Origin: Candidatus Poribacteria bacterium
GTDB taxonomy: Bacteria > Poribacteria > WGA-4E > WGA-3G
Assembly (NCBI GenBank): GCA_963663765.2
Contig: CAXXUA010000004.1
Coordinates: 896,001 to 960,000, forward strand
DNA length: 64,000 nucleotides
Direction: 5' to 3'
Made by a program: the position numbers and the translations under genes. Positions 41,135 to 51,968 of the stretch are shown here, in pieces. Position 1 is the first letter of the stretch. The number at the start of each line of letters is the position of its first letter. The notes under the pieces are model-generated. The model searched no databases and had not been told where the DNA came from. It saw only the letters and a list, made by a program, of their open reading frames with translations.

Positions 41135-42562
41135 TTATTTAGATTGTCCACGTGACCGTGGTAGCACACGCTGAGGTGGCACACGCTGAGACGGGCGCGC
41201 CTTCAACATCGCTTTCGCGATCTCTTCATCGCGCTCGCGAAGTTTTGTTAGACCTTCCATTTCACCATAACGCATCATCGTTTCATACGCACGGATCAAA
41301 CGATCCGGCTCATACTGCGTATCTTCACCTTGTAACGTCTTTGCCATCTCACGCATCAAAAAATCGTCCAAGTCAGCAGGCGTCTGGGCACGTTCTATCT
41401 GCTCCATCCACCTCAAAAACGATGCAAACTCACGCTGTTTCCGCTCCTGCTCCGAAACAAACGCAGCCCGCGCTTGTTCCGCTGCTTCACGCATACGCAC
41501 ACGCCGATCATCCCCCGACACATCAGGACGATCATCAGACAAAAATTCATCTTCATCAACTTCCGCTAAAAATTCAAAAAAATCAAAATCATCAACAGAA
41601 GCAGGGGACTCCAATAAATCAGTATCATCAGACGGCAACGAAGCATCAAAATCAGGGGTGGCTTCAGGCACATCTTCTGACACCTCAACAGGATCCGGTC
41701 CATACAAAGGTTTTCCTGCTTTAATCGCTTCAATATTCTCACCAGCCGCTTCGTATGAAATCTTAACATGCGAATCCCAGTTCGGGTCAGTCAGAAGCAG
41801 GTTCTGCACTTTCTTCAGGTGTACCATCGCAGTTTTGTAATCACCAAGTCGCTGATACGCACGACCTAATGCCTTATGCGCATACATCTGAGGCGTACTC
41901 GTCACATCAAATAAGTCCCCTTCTAAACTATGAACAGGCAAACGCAGTGCCTTTTTCGCAAAAGCAATCGAATCTTCAGGAGAATCTCTAGCTGTCCAAA
42001 ACGCAATTTTTGCGTTGATACCCGGGGCATCCGGATAGTATTTGAGCAGTGCCTTCAGATCGTCAGCGAAAGTTGTAATACTACCGCCTCTTGCCATTTT
42101 AAGTCTCGCTGTAAAAGCAGCCTTTGAATTCGGGTATTCCGCAATCACTTGCCGATAAAACGCATGATAGTCCTTAGTGCCATCGGCACGATAAAACTCT
42201 TTGGGCAAACGTTTCTCTCCCGATATTATCTTATCGTATTTACCCGCACCGTGTTTGTCTAAGGACAACACGTTATCCCACCAACTGCTCTTGACAACTT
42301 CTGGTGAGGGGTTTTGATGCCAAACGTTACCTTCCCAGTGCCCCGTGTCCACCGTTTCCCCAGGCGGAGGCGGTTTCACTGCCACTCCCCCTGCCTCCAC
42401 AGATGGCGCGGTCGAGGACACCCCTTCTACAACATTTTCTGAGTCGATGCCAATGTCTTTCTTGAAGATCGAAAGGTCTATGTGCAAATAGATTTGCAAC
42501 CCAACAAAACCTATTATCATTATAGCGAGGACACTAAATCCCCATTTCATTTTTTTTCTCAT
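41135..42562 (-). CDS. membrane-anchored hypothetical protein with a TPR-like core and an acidic linker
   Basis: N-terminal TM; PPPPGET…GHW; AHKALGRAYQRLGDY; AGGAG RBS. Confidence 0.7.
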   Translation of the reverse strand: MRKKMKWGFSVLAIMIIGFVGLQIYLHIDLSIFKKDIGIDSENVVEGVSSTAPSVEAGGVAVKPPPPGETVDTGHWEGNVWHQNPSPEVVKSSWWDNVLSLDKHGAGKYDKIISGEKRLPKEFYRADGTKDYHAFYRQVIAEYPNSKAAFTARLKMARGGSITTFADDLKALLKYYPDAPGINAKIAFWTARDSPEDSIAFAKKALRLPVHSLEGDLFDVTSTPQMYAHKALGRAYQRLGDYKTAMVHLKKVQNLLLTDPNWDSHVKISYEAAGENIEAIKAGKPLYGPDPVEVSEDVPEATPDFDASLPSDDTDLLESPASVDDFDFFEFLAEVDEDEFLSDDRPDVSGDDRRVRMREAAEQARAAFVSEQERKQREFASFLRWMEQIERAQTPADLDDFLMREMAKTLQGEDTQYEPDRLIRAYETMMRYGEMEGLTKLRERDEEIAKAMLKARPSQRVPPQRVLPRSRGQSK

Positions 42563-42666
42563 GAGTTACACTCCTTTCGCATCATGCAAAGTCCGAGGTT
42601 TATTCTTCTGCAAGTTGTGATGATTGCAGCTATCTTTTTACGATTTTCCATATATTTTGTTGCTTG

Positions 42667-43545
42667 TCACCTGACAATTTCTGTGCCGATTCCGCCTTCT
42701 GTGAGGAGTTCAAGCAGGATTGAGTGCGGGATTCTTCCATCAATGATATGTGCCTTTGATACGCCACCGTGAAGTGCGGACTTACATGCATTTGTTTTCG
42801 GTATCATGCCACCAGTTATGACACCACTCTCAATTAAGTTATTTATATCTCTGACTAACACTGTTGGTAGAAGCGTAGAAGGATCTTCAGGCTCTTTACA
42901 TATACCAAAAATATCTGTCAATATTATCAGTTTTTCAGCTTGTAGGGCGGAAGCGATTTCTCCTGCCATTGTATCTGCATTGATATTATATGTCTGTCCA
43001 TCAACACCTATACCGTTTGGTGCAATGACAGGTATATATCCTGCTTCATCAAGCGTGATGATTGGTCGTGTGTTGACACCGATGATACTGCCGACATATC
43101 CGATGTCAACTTGCGTTTCATTTCCATCTTCATCCGATATATAAGGTGTATGTTTTTCTGCGACAATGATGTTCGCGTCCTTACCACAGAGTCCAATCGC
43201 CTGGCCGCCATGTTGGTTGATACTCGCGACAATGCCTTTGTTAATATTTCCAGCAAGCACCATTTCAGCGATTTCCAAGGTTTCGCTATCTGTTACACGT
43301 AATCCTTCCACAAATTTCGGTTCTTTTCCAACCTTGTCCATCCACTCACTAACTCTTGGACCCCCGCCATGTATTAATATCGGACGCATACCGACATATT
43401 TCATCAGGACGATGTCTTCCATCACAGAGTGGATGAGGGATTCCCTTTCCATCGCGGCACCACCATATTTAATCACGATTCTGCGGTTAGAAAAGCGACG
43501 AATATACGGTAGTGCTTCAATAAGAACGTCTGCTGTCATACTCAT
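42667..43545 (-). CDS. argB: acetylglutamate kinase
   Basis: EALPYI, VIKYGG, HGGGP, GLRVTD, NINAD, GGMIPK. Confidence 0.95.
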   Translation of the reverse strand: MSMTADVLIEALPYIRRFSNRRIVIKYGGAAMERESLIHSVMEDIVLMKYVGMRPILIHGGGPRVSEWMDKVGKEPKFVEGLRVTDSETLEIAEMVLAGNINKGIVASINQHGGQAIGLCGKDANIIVAEKHTPYISDEDGNETQVDIGYVGSIIGVNTRPIITLDEAGYIPVIAPNGIGVDGQTYNINADTMAGEIASALQAEKLIILTDIFGICKEPEDPSTLLPTVLVRDINNLIESGVITGGMIPKTNACKSALHGGVSKAHIIDGRIPHSILLELLTEGGIGTEIVR

Positions 43546-43631
43546 TTTATTCTTTTATATCCTTTTGTAGATTCTTTTTGTGGATATATTATACGAAAAA
43601 AGACTTGACGTGGCAACTGAAATATAGTAGA

Positions 43632-43814
43632 GGGTGTGTAAAGTTTTGGTTACTGTGCCGTAGGGGCGGGGTCTCCCCGCCCGTATAGAGGTTAATGCGG
43701 GCGAGGTAACCTCGCCCCTACGATGTCCACAGTTCCCTAACGTCAAGTAAGCTTTAATAGAAACTGGACGTACTTCTTTTAAAATCTGGGTTTCTACAAA
43801 AACTTTACACACCC
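43632..43814. mobile_element. MITE family D, simple 183-bp form with a REP doublet
   Basis: 9-bp duplication TATAGTAGA; GTAGGGGCGGGGTCTCCCCGCCC and GGGCGAGGTAACCTCGCCCCTAC. Confidence 0.88.
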
Positions 43815-43933
43815 TATAGTAGAAGTTAGAATTAATTGGACATGATGTTAGGTTAGGTTTCCTATCCGAACCTAACGAGGGTGTTGTAGTACAAACTGTT
43901 AATTTGTGATTGTCTCTGCACTGCACAAACTAA

Positions 43934-44024
43934 ATGAAGATTAATTTATTAATTGGGTAATATATATTTCTCATACGGTAGGTGGGGAAATGTTTTATTA
44001 CCCGTTTAATAACTTAATCTTCAT
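43934..44024. mobile_element. MITE family G, short form
   Basis: ATGAAGATTAA…TTAATCTTCAT; similar ends at 30184 and 36267. Confidence 0.65.
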
Positions 44025-44125
44025 ACGGGACTAAAGACATGGACAAGATGGTATCACATAAAATTAACGACATAGCAAAATATTATCAAGAATATTGAAA
44101 ATTGAATAACCCTGATATTCTACAA

Positions 44126-44475
44126 GGGTGTGTAAAGTTTTTGCACAGAGGTACAAACTTTTGTTCTCTTTAGTCCCGTAGGGACGCAATGTTTATAGAT
44201 AGGTGTAATCACCCTCTCTTGAGTTCCGTAGGAACGACATAGAAGAATAAACATATCGTCCCTACGGGACTAAAGAACTGGGAAGGGTACTTGTTTTCTA
44301 TAAACATATCGTCCCTACGGGACTGAAGAGTATGGTTGATATTAACAATATTTCCTTATATTGACACATATCGGTCTCTGTACCCGCAATCTCTCATTTA
44401 ATCAGTTGCGGCGGGGTACAGAGACCCCGCTCTACAATGGAGAATGTGCAGTTTGTGCAAAAACTTTACACACCC
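44126..44475. mobile_element. MITE family D with different cargo (GTCCCTACGGGAC hairpins)
   Basis: D TIRs; 9-bp duplication ATTCTACAA. Confidence 0.85.
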
Positions 44476-44491
44476 ATTCTACAATTCACTC

Positions 44492-44519
44492 TTGACTATA
44501 TTTGGAGATGTGCTATAAT
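44492..44519 (+). promoter_or_regulatory. sigma70 promoter of phnA
   Basis: TTGACT-N16-TATAAT with TG extension. Confidence 0.55.
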
Positions 44520-44571
44520 TAATTGTGAATTTATACTGTGTTTATCAAACCGAACAGTTGATGGGAGAAGT

Positions 44572-45681
44572 GTGGCAAGACGCAAAGTCCTTATACTCTG
44601 TATTGATGCTGGAAGCCATGATTATTTGGCAGCAAGCAACATACCGAATATCCGTAAATTGTCGGAAGCGGGATTTTATCAACATGCAAACGGTGTCATT
44701 CCGTCCGTGACTAATGTTAACAATGTGAGTATTGTAACTGGCACATTTCCTGAAACACACGGCATTACCTCTAACTACTATGTTGATAGAAAAACTGGAC
44801 GAGGGAACTATATTGAAGACAGCAGTTTTCTGCTTGCACCAACGTTATTTGAGATTGCTAAGAATAGTAAGTTTGCTAACACAACAGCACTATTCGTAAC
44901 AAAACAGAAGTTGTTACGGATATTAGATAGTGGTGCGGATATTAAGGTTGCAGCAGAAGCACCACCAACTGAATTTATTGATGCTGTAGGTGCCGTTGAA
45001 CCGATATATTCTATAGAGATAAACCTATGGTTGTTACGTGCGGTTCGTTGGACTTTGCGGAAGTATGATCCTGAGTTGGTCTATTGTTCCACAACGGATT
45101 GGGTGCAGCACAAATACGCGCCGCAAGACGCGTTGTCTCAACAACACATGAGAGAACTTGACCATATCATCGGGGAAATCGTGGATGATAACCCAAACCG
45201 AGAGATATACATCACGGCTGATCACGGTATGTTGGATAAATCTGTTGCGCTTGACATTAGCAGAATACTAAAGCAACATAATATTGCTGCGGAGGCTATT
45301 CCTATCATTAAGGATCGATATGTTGTGCATCATAGCAACTTAGGTGGTGCAGCATACATCTTTCTTGAGAATAGGAGTGAGGTGCCACAAGCATTGCAGT
45401 TACTTCTGAATACTTGTGGTGTTGATGAAGTATATCCAGCAGCAGCTGCAGCATATAAATTCCGACTCCACCCTGATAGGATTGGTGATCTGTTTGTATT
45501 AGCAGACGAAAACACTGTTTTTGGCGATTTGGAAGTGACATCAGAACCTGTATCTATACGATCCCACGGTTCTCGTCACGAAAGTTATGTGCCGATCATT
45601 GGGTATAATAGTCCGTGGTCGGCAACGGATTTTGAATATAATCTTGATGTGGGTAGGCTTTTTTTGAAAAGTTTGCATTAA
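44572..45681 (+). CDS. phnA: phosphonoacetate hydrolase-like enzyme (alkaline phosphatase superfamily)
   Basis: PSVTNVNNVSIVTG, STTDWVQHKYAP, TADHGM, RSHG; GTG start after GGGAG. Confidence 0.72.
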   Translation: MARRKVLILCIDAGSHDYLAASNIPNIRKLSEAGFYQHANGVIPSVTNVNNVSIVTGTFPETHGITSNYYVDRKTGRGNYIEDSSFLLAPTLFEIAKNSKFANTTALFVTKQKLLRILDSGADIKVAAEAPPTEFIDAVGAVEPIYSIEINLWLLRAVRWTLRKYDPELVYCSTTDWVQHKYAPQDALSQQHMRELDHIIGEIVDDNPNREIYITADHGMLDKSVALDISRILKQHNIAAEAIPIIKDRYVVHHSNLGGAAYIFLENRSEVPQALQLLLNTCGVDEVYPAAAAAYKFRLHPDRIGDLFVLADENTVFGDLEVTSEPVSIRSHGSRHESYVPIIGYNSPWSATDFEYNLDVGRLFLKSLH

Positions 45682-45716
45682 ATAACAGATGATTTTAAAA
45701 TAGAAAGGAAACATAT

Positions 45717-46319
45717 ATGGCAAATGAACAAGGTAATGGTTGGGTATCCCTGTTTGATGGTGAAACATTAGACGGTTGGGGAGCAACTGGTAAAGATGAA
45801 GGTTGGGTTGTTGATGATGGAGCAATCCTCTGTACTGTAAAAGGTGGACAATATCTGTATACTGAGGAACAGTTTGATAACTTCGTTCTATCGCTGGAAT
45901 ATAAGAGTGAACCGAGGGTCAATAGTGGTGTTTTTATCCGATGGGAAGACCTGAAACGACCCGTTCAAACAGGAATGGAAATTCAGATATTAGATACACA
46001 CGGCAAGGATCCTGCAACAAAACACTGTTGTGGCGCACTCTATGATGCGAAAGAACCAACCCGAAATGTGTGCAAACCAGCAGGTGAGTGGAATGAGATG
46101 ATTATCACTTGCGACGGTAGCAATGTTACTATTGAAATGAATGGCGAGGAGATCGTTGAAGCCGATTTGGATCAATGGGATACCCCGCATCAGAATCCTG
46201 ATGGTAGTCGGAATAAGTTTGGAACTGCACTCAAAGATTTTCCACGCAAGGGACATATCGGTTTGCAAGACCATGGCGGGAAACTCTGGTTTCGGAATAT
46301 AAAGGTCAAAACGCTATAA
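45717..46319 (+). CDS. DUF1080 / 3-keto-disaccharide hydrolase family protein
   Basis: GWVSLFDG..LDGW, NSGVFIR, EIQILD, GEWN, GHIGLQDHG…FRNI. Confidence 0.88.
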   Translation: MANEQGNGWVSLFDGETLDGWGATGKDEGWVVDDGAILCTVKGGQYLYTEEQFDNFVLSLEYKSEPRVNSGVFIRWEDLKRPVQTGMEIQILDTHGKDPATKHCCGALYDAKEPTRNVCKPAGEWNEMIITCDGSNVTIEMNGEEIVEADLDQWDTPHQNPDGSRNKFGTALKDFPRKGHIGLQDHGGKLWFRNIKVKTL

Positions 46320-46390
46320 ACATCCCGAATGCAACCATTAAAGACTCAATTGCACATCAGAATATAAAAAGTTTGAGTGGATTGAGTCTT

Positions 46391-49300
46391 TTATTTTATT
46401 TGGGAGACTTTTACCACTGCTTGTGGCATAACTTCTGATACATCCCATAACAAGGTTGTTCCATCAAGACTCCCACTTGCGAGTGTTTTGCCATCTGGAG
46501 AAAATGCTACAGATGTAACATCATTTTGATGTCCAGAGAATATTCGCTCAAGTTTACCGGTATGTGTATTCCAGATTTGAATGTCACCCTGATCACAACT
46601 ACTGGCTAACAACATACCGTCTGGTGAATAGGAAATCGTATTAACTTGATATCTTATTTGATGTTGATTGGACATGAGTGAGAATTTGATATTTCCACGT
46701 TCTAAATCCCACAAATGAATAACGCCATTATCAACTCCGCTGGCTAATGTTTTACCATCTGGAGAAAACGCTACCGATAGCACACTATGTAAATTTTCAG
46801 AAAGTGTGAGTTTATGCTTACCCGTTGTTGCTTCCCACAGTCGTATATCTGCATCTAAGCTGCCACTTGCTAATGTTTTACCGTCAGGTGAATAGGTTAA
46901 TGACCAAACAGTTTTGGTGTGTCCAGAAATTGTCTGCTTATAGACATTGGTTGAAACATCCCACAAGACAATTGTATTATTCTGACCGCTATAGGCTAAT
47001 GTCCTTCCATCTGTGGAAAATGCTACAGAGTGTACATTAAAATTGCGTTGATTAATATTCGATGCTTGCTTGATTGAACCAGTCTGTATATTCCACAATA
47101 GAACTGCACCATTAGCACCTGTATACGCGACCGTGTTACCTTCCGGTGAATATGCCAGTGAATAGACAGCAGAAGTAAGTCCAGAAAGTGGTTGCTTATG
47201 TGTCTTTGTAGATACATCATCCCACAAACGGATACTATTTCCGTGTCCACCCGTAGCCAGAGTGCTACCATCAGGTGAGTATGCTAAAGATTGGATCCCT
47301 TTTGTATGTTCAAGGGTATACTTCAATTTTCCAGTACTTACATCCCAAACATTTAGCATGCTGTGTCCACCTACACTTGTAAGTGTCTTACCGTCAGGAG
47401 AATATAAGAGTGATGTGATTCTTGAAACATGTCCGTTAAGTGTCTGCAATTGTTGTCCTGTTTCTGCATCCCACAAAATAATTGTGTTCCCGCTGCCACT
47501 TGCGATTGTTTTCCCATCCGGAGAGTAGGCAAATGGTGCATGTCCAGCAAGTGTATGCTTGCGCTTACCACTTAATACATCCCATAAGTAGAACTTTATA
47601 TCCCTATCTGTACCAGCTGCGAGTGTCTTACTATTTGGTGAATACTGGACTAAATCGACATATATATCACAGGTAATTCTATGTTTAAGAGTACTGTTTT
47701 CGGCATCCCATATAAGAATATTAAAGTCCTTTGTTCCTGAAACATTGGACCAATTGATTGGTTTATCCACGCTTGCAAAGGTCTTTCCATCTGGTGCGTA
47801 TACGAGTGATTCAACCTGGTGTATATGATCAGAAAGTGTCTTCACGTGTTTTTCTGTTGTCACATCCCATAGATGAATTTTTGTCATGTTCCCATGACTC
47901 CCCTTACTATATACGATCTTGGACCCGTCTGGTGAAAACGTCAAATTAGTCCTATCACTTCTATCCCCAATTGTCTTTTTGTGCTGCCCGGTTGTAGCAT
48001 CCCACAACTGAATCGCATCCCCATGACTCCAACTTACAACTGTATTCCCATTGGGTAAGAAACCTAATGTAGGTGTTGCATCGGAACCGAAATAAGTTTT
48101 TAAAGGTATTGTAAATAGGTATGTTCCAGTTGTTACATCCAACGAATAGAGTTCATTGCTATTTCTACCGGTAAGGGTTTTACCGTCTGGTGAAAATGCA
48201 ACTGAATCAACAGATGCCATAGGACCTGTGTACAAGGCACGTTCCTCACCTGTGTTGACATCATAGATCCATGTGCCAATAGTGCTTACCACAACTAATT
48301 GTTTACTATCTGGAGAATAAGTAATATTTTTTATCCATCCTCTTCCAAGTCGTGCTGTTGCATCTTTTGGTAAATTCCATTGAGATATATTTGGCTTCTT
48401 ATTTTGTGCGAGTTTTTGTTTATCAACTTGTGTGTGAATGGAAATGTCCCACAGTAAAATCGTACCATCATCACTAATGCTTGCTAATTTTCCCCCATCA
48501 GGAGAAAAATCTACTGAAGTAACACTGCCACAATGTCCAGTAAGGGTTGTTTTGTACTGTCCCGTCTGTACATCCCACAAACTAATAGTATTATCTTTAT
48601 TCCCACATGCAAGCATTCTATTATCATGTGAATAAGCAAGCGAAGTAATTTTTCCTGTAGGTATTGTAAGTTTTTGTCTTAGTGTGCCAGTTTCCGTATT
48701 CCAAAGAAAAATGAGATTTTTAGAACTTGCCCCCACGACGATTTTGCCATCTGGAGAAAATGTAATGGAATTAATACCAAAAAATGTACCCTGAATAATG
48801 CCGTCTCTAATAAACTGTAGGTTAATTGTCCTGATAAGTTGTTGGTTTTGAGCGTTCAATATATTAATTTCTGAATACATGCCATTATCCCTAATGCGTC
48901 CATCGGTTGTCCCACTAATTAGAATACTACTATCTGAGGAATAACCCAAGAAGATGGATGGATAAGGATGGTCTATGAACGTTGTTTGATGTCCTACGCG
49001 ATCAAGATCCCAGAAATGAATTTTGCCACTGCTACTACCACCAACAAGTGTTTTCCCATCTATAGAAAATGCTAACGAGGTGATAGTGTGTAAATTGCTA
49101 TTTTGATTATTCTCATCAGGGGGTTGTGCCAAATCATCTGTTACATTAAACTCCAGTTTGAGTTTACTACTCTCTGTTTCCCATAGGTGTATGGTATTGT
49201 CCTTATTTGCAATTGCGAGTGTGGTTCCATCTGGGGAATAAGCGATGGGAGTTGCCAACCCTTTGATAATATTCAATCTATTATGTCCATTAGATACTTT

Positions 49301-50473
49301 CGATGTTTGTTTGTCATTCAGACTTGCTATAAGCTTCAGTTTGTTTTGCAATGTCTGAGTATCCCACACAGATACGTCACCCCTTTTATTCATAGATGCA
49401 AGTGTTTTACCGTTTGGAGAAAATGTTAGGAAGTCAAAACTATGTATATGTCCTGTAAATATGCGTTTCTGCAATTGACTCACTGTACCCCACAAACGAA
49501 TATTCCCATCTAAACTTGCAGTGGCGAACATGTTTCCATCTGGAGAATATACAACTGTTGTCACCTTGTCTGAATGTCCTTCAAGTGTTTGTTTATGTTT
49601 ACCTGTCACCTTATCCCATAAATATAATTTACCTTCATGACTTCCAGCAACAATAGTGCTGTTATTCATAGAAAATGCTAACGAATGGAAAGAACCTTTT
49701 ATCCAAGCTGGAACCAATTTTATTTTGTCTTTTACTACATCTCGCAAACGTATCCTGTCGTCATCCCCAGGTGATAACGTATTACTATCAGTCGAAAATA
49801 CAAAGGACAACACATAACCCAAGTATTCCTTAGGGGTACGAGGCCGCAGTTTGTGCGCATAGTTCAGCTTTATTTCTTGCTGTTTTACTATATCCCACAC
49901 ATGTATGCTTCCGTCTTTACAACTAACTACAAGAGTTTTACCATCTGGAGAATACCCTACTGAAATAACCTCAATAAATACATTCTTATGGATTTTTTGG
50001 TGTTGCCAGTTCTTAACATCCCAAGAATAAATTCCATCATCACCTCCAGTTGCAAGCCTATTGCCATCTGGAGAATACGCTACAGAATTAACTACTCCTT
50101 TATGTCTCAGAAGCGTTTTTGTATGTTTTCTGGTTTCTACATCCCATAGTCGGATTGTCCAATCAAGACTCCCACTTGCAAGCGTTTTCCCATCAGGCGA
50201 ATAGGCGACTGAAGTGACCAGTTCTGTATGTCCAGTAAGTAATGCCTCCTCATTACCAGTTTGGATATTATATATCCAGATTCCGATTGAGGTTGCAACA
50301 GCGAGTTGGTTTCCATCAGGAGAAAATGACATATCTGTTATCCATCCTTTACCAAGACGTGCTTTGACACCTTCTGGTAAACTCCATTGGTTGTAATCTT
50401 GTGTTGTACCGTTTTTGGTAATTATCAAAGAAAACATTAGCAGGAATAGACAGGTCATTAATTTCTTTATCAT
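46391..50473 (-). CDS. large secreted WD40-repeat protein with two homologous halves
   Basis: Signal peptide; QW.LP….ARLG.GWI occurs twice; more than 25 SPDG/WD repeats. Confidence 0.9.
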   Translation of the reverse strand: MIKKLMTCLFLLMFSLIITKNGTTQDYNQWSLPEGVKARLGKGWITDMSFSPDGNQLAVATSIGIWIYNIQTGNEEALLTGHTELVTSVAYSPDGKTLASGSLDWTIRLWDVETRKHTKTLLRHKGVVNSVAYSPDGNRLATGGDDGIYSWDVKNWQHQKIHKNVFIEVISVGYSPDGKTLVVSCKDGSIHVWDIVKQQEIKLNYAHKLRPRTPKEYLGYVLSFVFSTDSNTLSPGDDDRIRLRDVVKDKIKLVPAWIKGSFHSLAFSMNNSTIVAGSHEGKLYLWDKVTGKHKQTLEGHSDKVTTVVYSPDGNMFATASLDGNIRLWGTVSQLQKRIFTGHIHSFDFLTFSPNGKTLASMNKRGDVSVWDTQTLQNKLKLIASLNDKQTSKVSNGHNRLNIIKGLATPIAYSPDGTTLAIANKDNTIHLWETESSKLKLEFNVTDDLAQPPDENNQNSNLHTITSLAFSIDGKTLVGGSSSGKIHFWDLDRVGHQTTFIDHPYPSIFLGYSSDSSILISGTTDGRIRDNGMYSEINILNAQNQQLIRTINLQFIRDGIIQGTFFGINSITFSPDGKIVVGASSKNLIFLWNTETGTLRQKLTIPTGKITSLAYSHDNRMLACGNKDNTISLWDVQTGQYKTTLTGHCGSVTSVDFSPDGGKLASISDDGTILLWDISIHTQVDKQKLAQNKKPNISQWNLPKDATARLGRGWIKNITYSPDSKQLVVVSTIGTWIYDVNTGEERALYTGPMASVDSVAFSPDGKTLTGRNSNELYSLDVTTGTYLFTIPLKTYFGSDATPTLGFLPNGNTVVSWSHGDAIQLWDATTGQHKKTIGDRSDRTNLTFSPDGSKIVYSKGSHGNMTKIHLWDVTTEKHVKTLSDHIHQVESLVYAPDGKTFASVDKPINWSNVSGTKDFNILIWDAENSTLKHRITCDIYVDLVQYSPNSKTLAAGTDRDIKFYLWDVLSGKRKHTLAGHAPFAYSPDGKTIASGSGNTIILWDAETGQQLQTLNGHVSRITSLLYSPDGKTLTSVGGHSMLNVWDVSTGKLKYTLEHTKGIQSLAYSPDGSTLATGGHGNSIRLWDDVSTKTHKQPLSGLTSAVYSLAYSPEGNTVAYTGANGAVLLWNIQTGSIKQASNINQRNFNVHSVAFSTDGRTLAYSGQNNTIVLWDVSTNVYKQTISGHTKTVWSLTYSPDGKTLASGSLDADIRLWEATTGKHKLTLSENLHSVLSVAFSPDGKTLASGVDNGVIHLWDLERGNIKFSLMSNQHQIRYQVNTISYSPDGMLLASSCDQGDIQIWNTHTGKLERIFSGHQNDVTSVAFSPDGKTLASGSLDGTTLLWDVSEVMPQAVVKVSQIK

Positions 50474-50655
50474 CTTGAGCCTCCTCAAGGAAAAATTCAA
50501 TTTTTGGGTTGGCATCTAAATCATAAGCTTAAGTTTAACAATGTTTGAAGTGTAAGTCAAAGTAATTCAAGACGCGTATTCTACCAAGAGTATTCACCGG
50601 ATGACACAAATGGCACAGATAAGATTACTTGCTCAGGTGTACAAACCAACTCATT

Positions 50656-51711
50656 CTATCCAATAAACTTCTGTATTGCGTCAACCAACTTATCAGGACC
50701 AAACTGCACAACATCAGTTGCAGGTAGACCTGTCTCATCCTCAGCTGCAGCAATTGCGGCTTCTGCTTCCTTTTCAGACAGATCAAAGCAATTGAGTGCT
50801 AATCCAATCACTTTGGCAGGTTTGATAGGCGCAGTTAATATCTCGTATTGACTGATCATTTCGTTGATAGACGGTAGAGGCACAGTATATCTCGCGACTT
50901 CTGTCCGTGAGGGTTGATGGCAGAATATCATTGCATCCGGCATGCTCCCATGAAGCAGACTCAACGTCACACCAGAATACCCTGGATGAACCAACGATCC
51001 TTGTCCCTCAACAAGTAGTAGGTCGTGATTCTTTGCACCTTCAAGCACAATCATCTCTGCTGCACCTGCTGTGAAATCAGAAACAACAGCATCTATTGCA
51101 ATACCCCAACCCCACACCATAATACCGTTCTGTCCAGTTGGACAAAACTCTGTATTGAGTCCCCGTTCTCGTGCTGCATTCGTAATCTCAATACCTGATA
51201 ACATCTTCCCTACCCGACAATCTGAACCGACGGTGAGAATAACGGTTGCATCTACATTGGCTGCTTTGCATGTCGCAACAGGTAAGTTGTCAGGGGGTTT
51301 GCGTGCGTCCCACAACACCACATCGTGTCTTGCAGCCAAGTTAGAAAGTTCAGAATCATCGCACAAAAAATGGTGTAGTCCACTCATGATATGTAAGCCG
51401 CGAAAAATTGCGTCGCGGATAATCACACGCCATACTGATGGTAACTCTCCACCCGGTGGTGCAATACCAATTGATAACATTGTCGGTTGAAACTGCAGTG
51501 CTTCATCCAGATTTCTGACTATCGGTATACCTTGACCTATACCGATGACATCACACACATCATTACCTGCCTTCGTGCTATCAATAACAGCGACAACGTT
51601 ATCAGCAAGGTAACGCACTAACACCGATGCAGTTTTCGATTCAAGCACACCAAACGAACCTTCTGCAAGTATTGCTATTCTATGTGATTTTGGATTCAAC
51701 TGTTTCTTCAT
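50656..51711 (-). CDS. DUF1611 (DgcN-like) P-loop protein
   Basis: GIAPPGG.LP, TVGSDCRVGKM, PTGQNG, DAVVSDF.AGA.E, VEGQGSL.HP.YS. Confidence 0.85.
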   Translation of the reverse strand: MKKQLNPKSHRIAILAEGSFGVLESKTASVLVRYLADNVVAVIDSTKAGNDVCDVIGIGQGIPIVRNLDEALQFQPTMLSIGIAPPGGELPSVWRVIIRDAIFRGLHIMSGLHHFLCDDSELSNLAARHDVVLWDARKPPDNLPVATCKAANVDATVILTVGSDCRVGKMLSGIEITNAARERGLNTEFCPTGQNGIMVWGWGIAIDAVVSDFTAGAAEMIVLEGAKNHDLLLVEGQGSLVHPGYSGVTLSLLHGSMPDAMIFCHQPSRTEVARYTVPLPSINEMISQYEILTAPIKPAKVIGLALNCFDLSEKEAEAAIAAAEDETGLPATDVVQFGPDKLVDAIQKFIG

Positions 51712-51968
51712 TTTGAGTAAAGCTTAGAGGCATTGAATTGTCAAAATATACTCTTGTGGGAGGGGTTTTCAACGCCTATTTTATGTTCTTTCGTCTAAAA
51801 TCGGGGTTGAAAACCCCTCCCACAAGAGAAACACCAACAATATTTTATATTGACGCCTATGGCTGCGTTGTAAAAGTCTCCTACAGATGTATCACTGATT
51901 AGAGTTTAGAGTATAACAGAAATTGGGATTTATCAAAAGGTTAATTCGCAGGGTTTCAGCTCGCAGGG

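Noticed and set aside
44437-44571. N-terminal extension of phnA in the ORF track
   Set aside because: Runs through a MITE end and the promoter; GTG at 44572 has the RBS. The 31900 and 20686 starts look over-extended in the same way
46391-50473. Diversity-generating retroelement or hypervariable WD40 repeats
   Set aside because: Repeats are diverged at the DNA level; no reverse transcriptase or TR/VR pair
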